Assembly: GCA_030141605.1 (NCBI GenBank)
Contig: JAQGDQ010000126.1
Location: 434,001 to 498,000, forward strand
Length of the DNA stretch: 64,000 bases
Direction of reading: 5' to 3'
Source: Tubiluchus corallicola
Lineage: Eukaryota > Animalia > Priapulida
The position numbers were made by a program, and so were the translations under genes. The notes beneath the pieces were generated by a model. It was not told the DNA's origin, made no database searches, and saw only the letters and a list, made by a program, of their open reading frames with translations. Below are positions 52,301 through 64,000 of this stretch, in pieces. The first letter of the stretch is position 1, and each line of letters opens with the position of its first letter.

Positions 52301-54741
52301 TCGCTATTTATGACAAAACTACTTAATAAAGCAACATTTACAGAAGAAAGCGCAAGAGCAGCAAGACTTTTACTGACTGTCTCTTTATTGAGAGTAATGG
52401 CTGACCTATTAAGAGAGAATCAAACGACGGCTTAGAGTTGATTGAGGATCAGTTTTAAGCGAATCGTAGCCCTCGATTTGAAGCTTTGCCTTCTGTTAAA
52501 GCCATTCCGTAACAAAATATCCCCTGACAACGCCATTTTAGACAAAACAAGCTACGCGAGGTGTTTCTTAATGCGATACTTGTCTTACTGGGTGCTGCTC
52601 TACTCAGTGAAACAGCGTTTAACAGAACACAATCAGTGTGAGGAAACAAGTGATACTTTGTCTAGTAGCTCATATTTACAGTCAGCACTAAAGTTTCGTG
52701 ACTTATTATTAATTAATTTAAACATACATAAATTATGTTTACTACCCAACCTGTTAGTTCAGCATACTAGATATAAAGCTTACACGTGAAAAACCAATGC
52801 ACAGTTTCCTCACTTTTGCAAATAAACAAAATTTTTGATTATTATATTATGGAATTTCAATATGTATCCTCTTCCTCCGCACTTTTCTGAAAATTTTTCA
52901 TTGGCTGATATTTTGGTTTATTATGCCTAACGGTTTCCAGGCGCAGGAAATGAGACCATATCTACAGATTGGTAAACGCGATTTTGTATCTAAATGAAAT
53001 TTCATTGCTATAAATCATTAGTTCATAAAATCCCTGTTGCCTTATTACTGTATAAATTTAGGCGATAAAGAGAGATCTACAAACTGATATACGGATGGAG
53101 GGATGTGGGTAGGTGAGCGCGCTGAAAGAAAAACGCCCATCTATTTGTCTCACAACTTGCCTTCTCGTTTGTCAGCCAGCCTATCTGTCTGACTCTCAGC
53201 TATACAACTGACTAATTGACCAATTAGTAGCAGGAGAGATGTTTAACTGACCGACTAGCCAACAAAACAAACATCTTTTTGTCTATCTGTTTCGCGTCTT
53301 TCCACCTTTTGATTAACCAATCAAATAATTTACTGACCAACTAGGTAATTAGTCTGGCAGATGAGTGATAGTTGTCGAAGTAAAAAAAATTCACTGATTG
53401 CGGTGATGAGTTAATAGAAAATACAATGGCAACAATAACCAGAATGGCTTCAAGAATGTAGCAACGAGAATTGTAATAATGATGGTGAAGATGATAGTGA
53501 CTAGAATTTAGAATTTTATTGGCCTATACATTACATTGCGCTAACATACATTCAACAAAACAACAACAAAATACAAAAGCGCAAAAGAGAGCTATTACAC
53601 TATAGCTACACAACACATAACAAATACATATAATTTTAGTATAGACACGGTTAGTGTATCATGAAAAAATAATAAATAATATTAACAATATTTACATGTT
53701 AATACTATTTATTCCTTTTTTAAAACACAAATGTAGTGGGCGGCTATCTTAGTTATATCGGAGTCGCTACCCCCATTGCGAATTTCAGCTTTTCGTTCAA
53801 GATTATAAAATTGCTATTGGTGCATGTTATATCAGAATAGAAAGATTGCCTTGACCGGTTGTAAGAGCAATGAATTTCGTCTTCTACTTGTTGGCCGTCA
53901 CAATGCTGACAGATTCTCATATACACAAGGACTTTAGGTTGTTAGCGTCGTCCTTTTTCTATATGTACGTTATGCGCACTTATTCGCAGCTTCGTGATTT
54001 TTTCACAATTGTTGTCTACAAAAAGGAAATTGTTTTCTTGTTAAATTCTGATTTAAATTTGCAGTAAGTGCGCAGTTTACTGTTTCCATTATTATTTCTG
54101 CCTGTTTATTTTGTTATGTTATATTTTCAAAAGTCGCTGTATGCCTCTTGTATCTTTGATTTTTCTTCACGAATGAAATGGGCTTCATGCATCACGCGCT
54201 GGTTTTCCCAGGGATGTGAGAAATCAGCGTGATCTAGACTGTTTTTACGAATCTATGACTATGATGACATGATAAAGAGGAGGTTGTTAGTGTTTTTCAT
54301 TTATAATGCTGATGAGAATGATGACGGTGGTAGTGGTAACAAGGATCGTAAACCCGCTAGTGAAGAAAATGTGGTGGCAACTAGAATGACCGTGACTGCG
54401 ACGGTAACAGAAATGGCAGTGACGGCAAAAAACGGTTAGAAACACGACGGTTCAACTATACCGACCTCATTCATATGCAGTGCGAGGTTGCAAAAGTCAC
54501 TACTATCTTTCCAATTTCTCGGTGACTTGGTACATCTGCTGACAGGATTGATAAGACGACGCTGCTACATCCTATACGCTTGGTTAATCCTACGTGCTCG
54601 TCTTGGTCGCCTCTGTGACAGTTCGCAATCCTATCAGCATTATAATGCGTAATTTAGGAGCAGAGTAAAAAGGTCTTCTTCAAACAGGCTGATCGCTGTG
54701 AAGACTATTGGCTACTCAATGACGAAGCCAGGAAACACGAC

Positions 54742-54790
54742 TATATAAAGATAACCAGTAAATGCAAGTTTCAGCTTTCTTCAGTTTGCA
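54742..54790 (+). promoter_or_regulatory. Putative core promoter of the membrane-protein gene (TATA plus initiator-like TCAG)
   Basis: TATATAAAG 54742-54750; TCAGCT at 54771 and TCAGTT at 54781; donor g|gtgagc at 54868/54869; acceptors at 54980 and 55204 suggest one or two 5' UTR exons. Confidence 0.5.
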
Positions 54791-55221
54791 TAGGCGGCTG
54801 CATGACGTTTGTTATAATGAAAGTGCATTGCGGTTTCTTCCGAAATGAATACCAGACGACGAAAATCGGTGAGCATTGATATTTCACAAAATATAGCCGA
54901 AAATCAGCGAGGAAATTGTGTTCGCCGATAATAAATGTTTTAATAATCTTATTAGTTAATAACCATTTTCTTCCTTTCAGAAGTTTCAGTGAAATCTTAA
55001 AATGGAAGATAAGTCTAGAAAAAAACTAAAACTAAAAACTAAAAAAACTAAACTATGCATTACGAATACGCTATCAGTAACTAAAATTTTTGTATGTAGA
55101 TTAATATGAACATTTTAGTATGGATATTAATATGTAACTCGTACTGATTATGTACGAAATAAAGTAAAATATCTGTTATCATGTTATCAAAATAAATATT
55201 TTAGAATAATGTCATGAAAAA

Positions 55222-55353
55222 ATGAAGCTCGCCAGCAAGCATTACATGTATAGATCGCTACTAACCATATCTGTTGATGACGTGGATTCAATCGAAAACA
55301 AAGTCATAAAAACGCGAAGATGTTGCGCTTTTGTTGCTGGAGCATACTCATTG
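55222..55353 (+). CDS. Membrane-protein gene coding exon 1
   Basis: ATG 55222 (alternative 55246); donor ttg|gtaagt. Confidence 0.7.
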
Positions 55354-58300
55354 GTAAGTTGATTTTCATTTCGCCATTTCAATCATCAAGTGAAAAGAAA
55401 AGATTCATATCTTCGCGCGTTATTTCTAGATTTGCTATTAAAAGCGTATATAAACCCAACAGACATTTTTGTTTAACAATAGCTATGAATACTATGAATT
55501 CTTTGTGTATTACACAATAATGCATTAACAAAAGTTCAAACAAAAAGAAACTTTCAAATTAAACTAGTTGACGATGTTTCTGACGTGATCAGAAACTGAA
55601 GATTTTGCGAACAATACAGTCAGTAGTTACAGAACTGGCAACATAATGAAATGGCAAGTTGTAACATTTTAACCCGTCCCATGACCCAGGGGTTAGATGT
55701 CAACCATTCCCAGCATAGCTTATACCATTCGATTAGTTTCATTGAGACCTTTCATTTGATGTATCCCAAGCTGGCTCGGTTGACACTGAGATAAATTTGT
55801 CTCCTCGACCACCATTTTGTCCCTAGAGGGGTTGCAGGTTCACCATTCTCATTCATACCTATGCCTTTCGACTCGCCTCACCAAAGCCTTTCATTTAATG
55901 CTCAGCCTCAAAATACTGTTCCGTGTACACGACTAGTATCTGGCTATACGTTAATGTCATAATATGAAATACCAACAAACAACATAAATTAGCACAAGAG
56001 AATATAGTTACATTGAAATACAGAGCCGGCTCTAACATTAGCCAAACTCGGCTGTTACCTGGTGGCGCAAAATTCTGAAAACAATTCGTTAATTTTACTA
56101 ATAATAGTATTAACAGTTATTAATACGTTAGTTATTAATAATATAAGTAATAGCATAGTAATAACTTTAATTAAATGAAAGGAACTACTTGCATTACTGT
56201 GCTGTTAAACGCTTTTATCGACGCTTTCACAGTGGTGTCTTCCCTCAGCAAAACACTTTCAACTTTTGCTTTACTTGACTTGCCAATATTACGTCATTTC
56301 TTGCAGACATAGCCAGCTTTTGCTCACAGTTTATATTGTACGCAAATAGTAGAAGAGGTAAATGAAAGACTAAGTCTTTGGGAAGTTTAGCTTATTCAAT
56401 GTTCGCGAAAGATGTTAGAAGAGTTCAGTAATAAAACTGTGATATTAGTGTCATTAGTGTCTCGTGTCATTAGTAAAATACTTTTTGCCAAGGGTGTCAA
56501 ACTACCGAGAATTTCAGATCGTTGAAAATTCATTGTGAACAAAAGAATCTTAAGAGCCTTTTAAACGTGTCAAATTCAGCACAAGGAAGACATTCTACAA
56601 CTTAGGGGCAGCCGAGATAAATACTCTCTCACTTAGTGTCGTAAGAATTTTAGTCTGTGGATATTGCAACATTAGTTCACAGCTGGATCTGAACTTAACT
56701 ATTGTCCTGAAGAAAAACAGTCATGTGCCGCACATTCTATAAACGGTTGTCACAAAGACCGTTCTACACCCCATTTCTGTAAGTTGGTTTTATTCTAAAA
56801 GCATTGCGTCCTTTTAAGGCAAATGACTTGAATTACGCTACAATTGAATTAATTTCGTGCAACGTCATGGGTCTTTTTGCATGCATACTGCGTTAATGGG
56901 TAGATCAGTGAGTGCTTCTGATAGATCAGCTTTTGTGTGGATAAAATACTTTGCAGTCAGATAAAAGTAAAATCGGAAATACTAATCTACTCCACTGCAA
57001 TTCGTTTCATTGAGAGTCGCAAAACCGTTGCTACAGTACGACCTTGTCGTGCGTTCATTTTTAAAGGAAAAAGGAATAATTTTTTCAAATCCTGCCCCAC
57101 TGTGACAGTGTGACGTATGCCAGAAAGTACAACGTACACTTTTACACCTATAATAATACCGATGTATTTTCTGAGGATTAAATAATAGGTCAAAAACTTA
57201 ATTAACGAACGGTGAGCACTGTTAATAATGGCGTCATAACTGAACACAATTTTCAGTAGCACAAACATTCCACATGATGCACGTGTTTGCGAAAGCGAAA
57301 ATTGAAGTACAGTGTTACTGCACAACGTTCAGTGTGATACACAAAAACTTGGCAATTTTTAAGTATAAAATTTAAATTTCAACTTTATCGCTGTGTTTCC
57401 ACTTAAGCTCTCGAACGTGTGCGACATATTACAACTGAACACATCTAAGCTGAGAGGTACAGCGCCTGTTTTTTCGTGCAACGCCTTTTCAAGATGCAGG
57501 CGCTAGATGCATGTAACAGCGAAGAATTCGAAGAACTACCGGCGAGGAAGACGAAATAAGGTTTCTACGGAAATATTTCTTTTACGTGCGCCATACGTAA
57601 AAAACATATGTTCCCTTTCAATATTATAGATTAGATTGTTTTGGGCTATAGCTTAAGATTAAGTCCGGATTTCCTTTAAGTTTAAGTAAACGGTCACAAA
57701 CTAGTATAAAGACGATTTGCATATAAATGAAGTGATATATTTGTTTAAGCAAAATAAAGTAGTGCAATATCAGTGCAATTTAAACTTGCCTAGAACACTA
57801 AGTACACCTATAACAAGCTCAACTTTTTAAGCTCAGCAACAAATGCATCGCAAAAAATCTGTGTGCAAGTTCCATGAAATCCTCATTAATATGCCTATTC
57901 AGAATTTTTCCGCTAGTAACTCTTAGTCCACCTAACATAGAACGTTTATTATTGTGTTAAACTATAGAGAAATTTCTGAAAACTAGTTACAAGAATTTTT
58001 AATGATTTCTGATTTCTGTAATTGTGTAGAACAAGAAGTTGTTAAGAACAGTGTAGTGGTGATGGTTGGCTGATTGTCTGTCTGACTGCGCTGTGCTAAT
58101 GTTTCGAAATGCTAATTAGCCTTTGAAATTCTTTATGTGGAATGAAGCCGTCATATGAAGTTCGCTTTGCCTATCTGCCTATTGACCTACCGGGACGGTC
58201 CCTCAGTTTGATGGCCTACCAAATAGCAGACCTGCCAGACAACTAGCCAGTCTGTCAAACTATTAGGAAGCCACTCAGCAACCCAGCCCGAGAAGATCTG

Positions 58301-61300
58301 CGTGTAATAACACAAATTACTCGAAATATATTGTCATTGTTGTGAAGTAGGTGTAAAAGCTCCCTCGTATGCACTTTGATATTTTGCTGGACCGCATGCA
58401 GACCTATAGACAAAACTGTAGTTTTGTACACTGCAGTACTGTACTGTAACTTAAGAATTCGGTCTCTGTACCCTCATGCATTTGGTACATAAACACACAG
58501 GTCTGCCGGTTTAGACTATTAGTACATATTAATGCTATCATGTTTTTTGCGTTTAGACTTTTTTCTCATTGGTTCCTAAAACGTTGCGCTCATTAATGGT
58601 TTCTCTTGCAGATATCATCTACAAGTCTTGTCTTGTTTTACTCCTGGAGACTCGGAGTGGAAAATTACAAATATGAGGAACCCTTACACTTTGGTAACAA
58701 AAAAGATTATACGCGACAACTACTTTTACTATAAAAAGGACGAATAAATTAACGAAAATAAAAATTTCTGGGTTTCGTAAGAACCTGTGAGCAGGTTTAG
58801 ATAAATGCAAGACGGACATTTAGGTTAAAATCAAGATCTCTGGTTACCAATTGCAGTTCAAAAATAACCGCCTTCTATATGGTCAGTTGGCTGTGTTTAG
58901 AATTCACTTTATGTAAAACTTACCTTCCTTTAATTACCTGCCCTTGCTACGGCGACAAGATTTCCTTTAAAACATTGTAAAAGATCTAGAGAATTCTAGT
59001 AATTCGAGTAAGTATTTACGCAAAAGCTAGTAGCGTACAAGTTAAATAACACTATTTCGTAATTTTGAATTTTCCGGAGAAACTGACAGAAGGTCGATTG
59101 TCGTTCGTGGCTTCCTGTAGTTGTAGCTGGCCTTTCAAATTGAACTCATCGCCGAGTGTCGCTGACCTGCCTATAACCTCTGTCCACCATATAATAATAT
59201 GAACTACCGAACATTGGTTGCCCAACTTTAGCTGATTTGTAAAGACTCAGTAGGATATATTTTAGAATTTGACATATTCTAACATGCAGGTATTTGCCCT
59301 GGATTGGATGTGTTACTGAATATAGCTGACTGACGTCGCGCAGTGTGTCAGTTATCATCAATCTTGAAGGGGCACTTACACAATTTGTGAAGAAGCTTAA
59401 TTATTTGTTTCAAGATTATTGTTAATGAAGGTAAAACCCACAATTTTGAAACCTTTTGAAACCTGGGTTTGTAACATGATGAAGAGGTGCTTAAGTTTAA
59501 CGTACATCAACAAAGAATTTTAAATCCACATTGATTTGTATAAATGACACAACGATAAATTTGTCTCGTGCTTTTCTACAGTCTTTTCTTTTGCTACTAA
59601 ACGTTTCAAAGGCAACCTTTCGCCATTAATGTGGCAATAAATTTGTATTTCTCTGCGTCTAACCGTTTCTGAGTGCAGCTGATCCAATCATTGACGTAAT
59701 ATACAACCTTTAAATTTAATAATCACGACAAGAAGAAGCGCAACTCAGGAGGTTTCTCACTTCCGGGTTGCACTCCTGCAATGCAAAATGTGTCTTACTA
59801 AAGCGTTCTTTAAGCCCTTAACATATAAGAATCAGATGAGTAGAAACTTTAACTAATTTGATCCGATCACTATTTTTCCTTATCTAATATGCTTGAAAAT
59901 CTTAAACCACATGAAATAATATACAACTAAGACTAGTTTAAGGACTGTTAATATTATTTGTCTGGAAATTCAACTGAACTGAAACGGAATTAATATGTGA
60001 CTGTATGGCGTGTGACGTTTTCGTTTTTAAGTAGAAAATCTTTATCGATCTATCATAAACCTTGATGAGACCTCGTCTGTTGGGAATTGATAGATTGCCA
60101 TAATTTATCATGCAACTAAATGCGAAAAAATGATAGATGGAATTTGGAAAGACGTGAGGCTGGTAATTTGCTGACTGATTAAAGGCACAAATGATAGCAT
60201 GGATTTTCTAAATTTTCTGGATTGCTAAACTTGAACAATGTTTTAAATTTATATTTGTGATAATGTCGATGTGCAACAATTATCTGTACAAAAAGATAAT
60301 TACCAAAAGCACTTTCTCTTATACGTAATAGTCACACACAGAATAACACAAATAATCCAAATAAAACAATATATACTGCTGAGCTAAAATAAATGCTGTT
60401 GTCCCGTTTTGTTTTAGTCTCCCGACGTGATCTGCTCAACGAAAGTTATTACGTATTCTAAAAAAATATCGGAACAATATATTTGTAGGTCTTCTGTGTA
60501 CAGAAAACAATTCAGTGAACTTAAAGTTTATACAAATCCTTATCGCATGTGTTTTTCAGCAATTCAAGCTGCAGAAGGAGCAATTGTTGGAATTAATGTC
60601 TTGACTGTAATATTATCAGCAATACTGATAGCAGGAATATTCTGGGTAATATTAATAGTCGTTATGATAATCTGTTTCTCCAATTTATTTGCATCATAGC
60701 TTATCAAACTCTTTATAGGTAAGACCAGACAAGATAAAGCAAAGCAAGGCCAGACCAGACCAGACAAGACCAGACAGGCAAGACAAGGCAAGGCAAGGCA
60801 GGGCAAAACCAGACCAGACAGACCAGACCAGACCAGACCAGAACAGACCTGAACCAGACTAGACCAGACTAGACCAGACCAGACAAGACCAGACCAGACC
60901 AGACCAGACCAGACCAGACAAGGCAAGACAAGGCAATTTAAGGCAAGGCAAAACACGGCAAGACCAGACAAGATGATTTAAAGCAAGCCAAGGCAGGGCA
61001 TGACCAGACAGACAAGGCAAACCAAGGCAGGGCAAGACCAGACACGACAAGTCAAGAATATTTACTTGATACTTACTCAAGAATATTTTAAAAATGGTTA
61101 CAAACAGAAATGAAAAGGTGAAAATTAAATATTTTACATTGTGAAGAGGATAAAAGGTCAAGCTATCTAATCGTCCTCCAAAACATTATTAGTCAATTTA
61201 AAATGTACGAATATTTCAATCCATTAGATACGAACTATGAAAAAACTTAATAAATATAATGTGGCTGGGGTAATTCTATGTATTTTACTGAATCGTGAGG

Positions 61301-63659
61301 ACGATGACGTAACCAAGACTTCACAACTTAGAATTGGCTCTGTATGCAGCTACAGTAGCATTGACTGTAAGTTCCGTGAACATAATATGTTCAGTATATT
61401 CAGTGAATACTCCACTGAATCTAGAAATTTCGACTGCAGCAAAGTGCATGGCTACTCGGAAGTTTTCGGTGTTGTGAGCAAAGTATCAAACTAGGTTAAG
61501 TCAGTCAGTCAGTTACGTAAGTACGTAAACAATCAATCAGTTGGTAGCAAAAAATAAAAAACCGTTAGCTGGGTTCAAGAAATAGGGGAATAGTTGAATG
61601 GTTATATAATGTGCGCTTACTACTTAGCAACAGAAGCGTCTCTTCTTTTAGGTTTTCCCCTTTCTAAAAGCATTTTTAAAGTTTATTAAAGCGTTTCTAA
61701 AAGCATTGTCAAATTTAGCATCAAAAACTCTATAAAACCCTATTCAAAATAGTCTGAATATGGATTGCAAATTAAAAAAGTTTTTTATTTTTTTATCAAT
61801 TTTCTATCTTATGTGAGATAAATATTTACATAATTAGCGTTGCAGATAAACATGCCAGCATTTTTAAAGTGTTGATTAACCTTAAATGAATAATTTTTTA
61901 AAAAGAGTCAAATCAAAAATTTTTACTAGTACTATTTTTAATGCCGATTTCAGAAATGTTAATGAAAATTTCGTGCAAAATTTGTGGCATTAGGTATTTA
62001 CAACAATTTTTGCTACATATATGTCACTTAATGGATTTAAACAAATTTATTTCTCTTGTATCAAATATGATACATCACGCGGATGTTCGATGTGAGCGTG
62101 CATATAACGTATGCATCAGCGGGTTTTTCTAATATTCCCATTTTTTGGTGTTTCCCAGCTTTATTCTTATCTGATGTGGTAGACTGAGTTACAGGGGGCG
62201 CTTTCTTTTTGCATTAATGCCTTTTGTTTACCGTAATATCTTGGTCGTTCATATCAGTCCTACTAATAGTGAAACTTTCTGAAAATAAGCACCAACAACA
62301 GGTGAAGTAGGTTCAAATGAACTCAAGAGATGCTCTATCCGCCTCATCGCTTTTTGCATATTCTCATTTTTGTCTTTTCTTAATCACTTACTATAAACTC
62401 ATTAGATATGTATGATTGCTATTTCTGTGTACTGTATATTGAGATCGAATTATCTTATAATTTTGTCCATTTTTTGCTGCCATTATGCCACACTTAAAAG
62501 AATTTTGTGATAATAGGTCTAAAAAACGCTACGGTAGACAGTAACTGTATTTTAATGACACTATCACTGTAATTGAAATTGATATTATCTAGCACTATAC
62601 CCAAGAATGACAACAAATAACAGAAGATGTGCAGGTTATTACAAATATAATACAAAAACATAATGACCTGTGCAAGAAAAACTAAAGCAAATATAAATGA
62701 TATTCCTCAAACCATGTAACACAATTTGTAATGACACTAGTAACACACTGATATCCCGAAAACAACCTATTATAAATAATTACCAGTTCTCAAATATGGA
62801 CTGGTTGACAGAATGTGCAAGTTGGGGTTCGACTCAGTTCAAGCTCTAATAAAAATGTACTTAAGCCACTTATGAGCAAACTTTGATACGAAAATATGCC
62901 ACAGTTAGTAGCGAATGAGTTACAAACAGCAGCAATTTCATTCAGCTTCAAAACATATTACTGGGACGAAAAATGTCGTTTGTGTTATATCTATTACACC
63001 ATGCACTGAAGGGTTAAAGCACACTAGCGTCTGTTGGTTCATCAACAATTTATATAGATTACGACACATGACATTAATATTTCATAAATGGAAATTCCAT
63101 TTCAGTTGGCATGAAATTAAACTTTAAAACGAACATTTTAAACGAAACGAAAAAGTTTATTTGAAATTTTTTAAACAAAATTAAAATTATAAGAATTAAA
63201 ATAAAAAGTGCATATGAATTTAAGATTCGGATGTTCACAAAATTGTTCGCAACTGCGATCACGCTAGGCTGGCCTTTGTAAATCTTTACTAAGGAATCTA
63301 TACTATATTATATACAATATACATGTACAATTAGGAATGTAGTTTTTAACTTTAATGTCCAATATTTGTTCGTAGTTAACTGTTTACCTACCTACTGAAA
63401 ATAATGAAATTTCTGTTCAGGGATTATGCACTAGGGGGAGACAAGATATAAAAATAGATGTTGTTAATAGTACAAAGTCAGGATAGTGTAAGTCACTTCT
63501 GCATCACAAATTGTCTGCTTCTAGTTCTACATAATTATTATCTTTGTACAGGATCGTCCAGGATGGATGGCGACCTGGATAATAATGGCAATTTCTCTAA
63601 CAGCTCTGCAAACAGTGTCGATCGTGTACCTCCAAGTTCTTCGAGACCATGTCTATCAC
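55222..63659 (+). CDS. Uncharacterised multi-pass (probably four-TM) membrane protein, LAPTM/DUF4728-like; partial join(55222..55353,58612..58693,60560..60645,63552..63659), 136 aa in window, 3' end outside
   Basis: Spliced translation MKLASKHYMYRSLLTISVDDVDSIENKVIKTRRCCAFVAGAYSL/ISSTSLVLFYSWRLGVENYKYEEPLHF/AIQAAEGAIVGINVLTVILSAILIAGIFW/DRPGWMATWIIMAISLTALQTVSIVYLQVLRDHVYH. In-frame TAA precedes the ATG; all introns GT-AG with phases 0,1,0,0; three hydrophobic helices; the LIAGIFWDRPGWMATWII loop resembles the LLxGxxxxRxxxLxPW signature of this group. Confidence 0.75.
55562..55937 (+). mobile_element. Possible non-autonomous Helitron/Helentron-like element with two internal about 135-bp tandem units
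   Basis: 5' aactag plus hairpin gtttctga-cgtga-tcagaaac; two diverged units agggg tt...accattc...ttcga....cctttcattt.atg; ends in gactagt. Confidence 0.35.
56021..56075 (+). mobile_element. hAT-like terminus (left end only)
   Basis: cagagccggctcta, similar to the TIR at 36857; matching right end not found. Confidence 0.3.
58612..58693 (+). CDS. Membrane-protein gene coding exon 2
   Basis: Acceptor tttctcttgcag; donor g|gtaaca. Confidence 0.72.
60560..60645 (+). CDS. Membrane-protein gene coding exon 3
   Basis: Acceptor gtttttcag; TM helix; donor tgg|gtaata. Confidence 0.75.
60722..61050. repeat. (CCAGA/CAAGG)n pentanucleotide repeat tract
   Basis: Directly visible; causes the spurious LVWSG-repeat ORFs. 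Confidence 0.9.
63552..63659 (+). CDS. Membrane-protein gene coding exon 4
   Basis: Acceptor tctttgtacag; TM helix; donor cac|gtaagt. Confidence 0.75.
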
Positions 63660-64000
63660 GTAAGTTAGCAGACCTTACTAGGGCTTAAAATAAGCGTGAA
63701 GAGATAACAAGCAGCTGAAGATTAGGTCACTAGATGCCCATAAAACAGATGCAAAAATATGGCAGTATGATTACAACTGTTGTTTATTATAATCGCGATT
63801 CAGCATATTTCATAATTCACGACAAATAATATTGTAGCAGTTCACAATCATATTCGTATAGTAACAGCCAGTTTGTACAGCCACCTAGTGATTGATTAGC
63901 CAATGAAATTCAGATTTTAACTTAAGGAATTGGGAAGATTTAACTGCGACGATAGTTTAAGCTTCGTTGCTCAAAAAAGAATAAAAAATTAAAAACACAT

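Noticed and set aside
55320-55520. ORF MLRFCCWSILIG
   Set aside because: Wrong frame; the overlapping frame from ATG 55222 splices in phase to downstream exons.
60564-61161. Minus-strand LVWSG-repeat hydrophobic ORFs
   Set aside because: Translation of the (CCAGA)n pentamer repeat.
62795-62850. tRNA or SINE from the B-box-like ggttcgactc
   Set aside because: No matching A box spacing or cloverleaf.
63458-63688. 76-aa ORF in the track
   Set aside because: Wrong frame; the exon 63552-63659 reads DRPGWMATW in another frame.

Overview
This is AT-rich, intron-rich animal (invertebrate, probably protostome) genomic DNA, not prokaryotic. Three plus-strand spliced genes could be assembled by hand with GT-AG junctions and consistent phases. 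(1) A complete 9-exon mitochondrial ornithine aminotransferase (OAT; CDS 98-11291, 428 aa). (2) A secreted two-Ig-domain protein of the ImpL2/ZIG insulin-binding family (7 coding exons, 15995-43283, about 286 aa, with a TATA promoter near 15100 and a non-coding first exon). (3) The first four coding exons of an uncharacterised multi-pass membrane protein resembling LAPTM/DUF4728 tetraspans (55222-63659, continuing beyond the window). Introns and intergenic DNA carry nested and deleted DNA transposons or MITEs (pogo/Tigger-like, TTAA-flanked, hAT-like, foldback, Helitron-like), decayed CR1/L2-type LINEs and many microsatellites. Most ORFs in the supplied track are spurious. I found no CRISPR array, RNA gene or demonstrably new multi-gene system. 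The best leads are self-complementary triplet repeats at the two ends of ImpL2-like intron 1, a 52-nt microexon that creates an RVRR furin site across a splice junction, an in-frame 18-bp repeat expansion in a LINE ORF1, and a nested transposon stack in OAT intron 2. Family names come from recalled motifs, not database searches.
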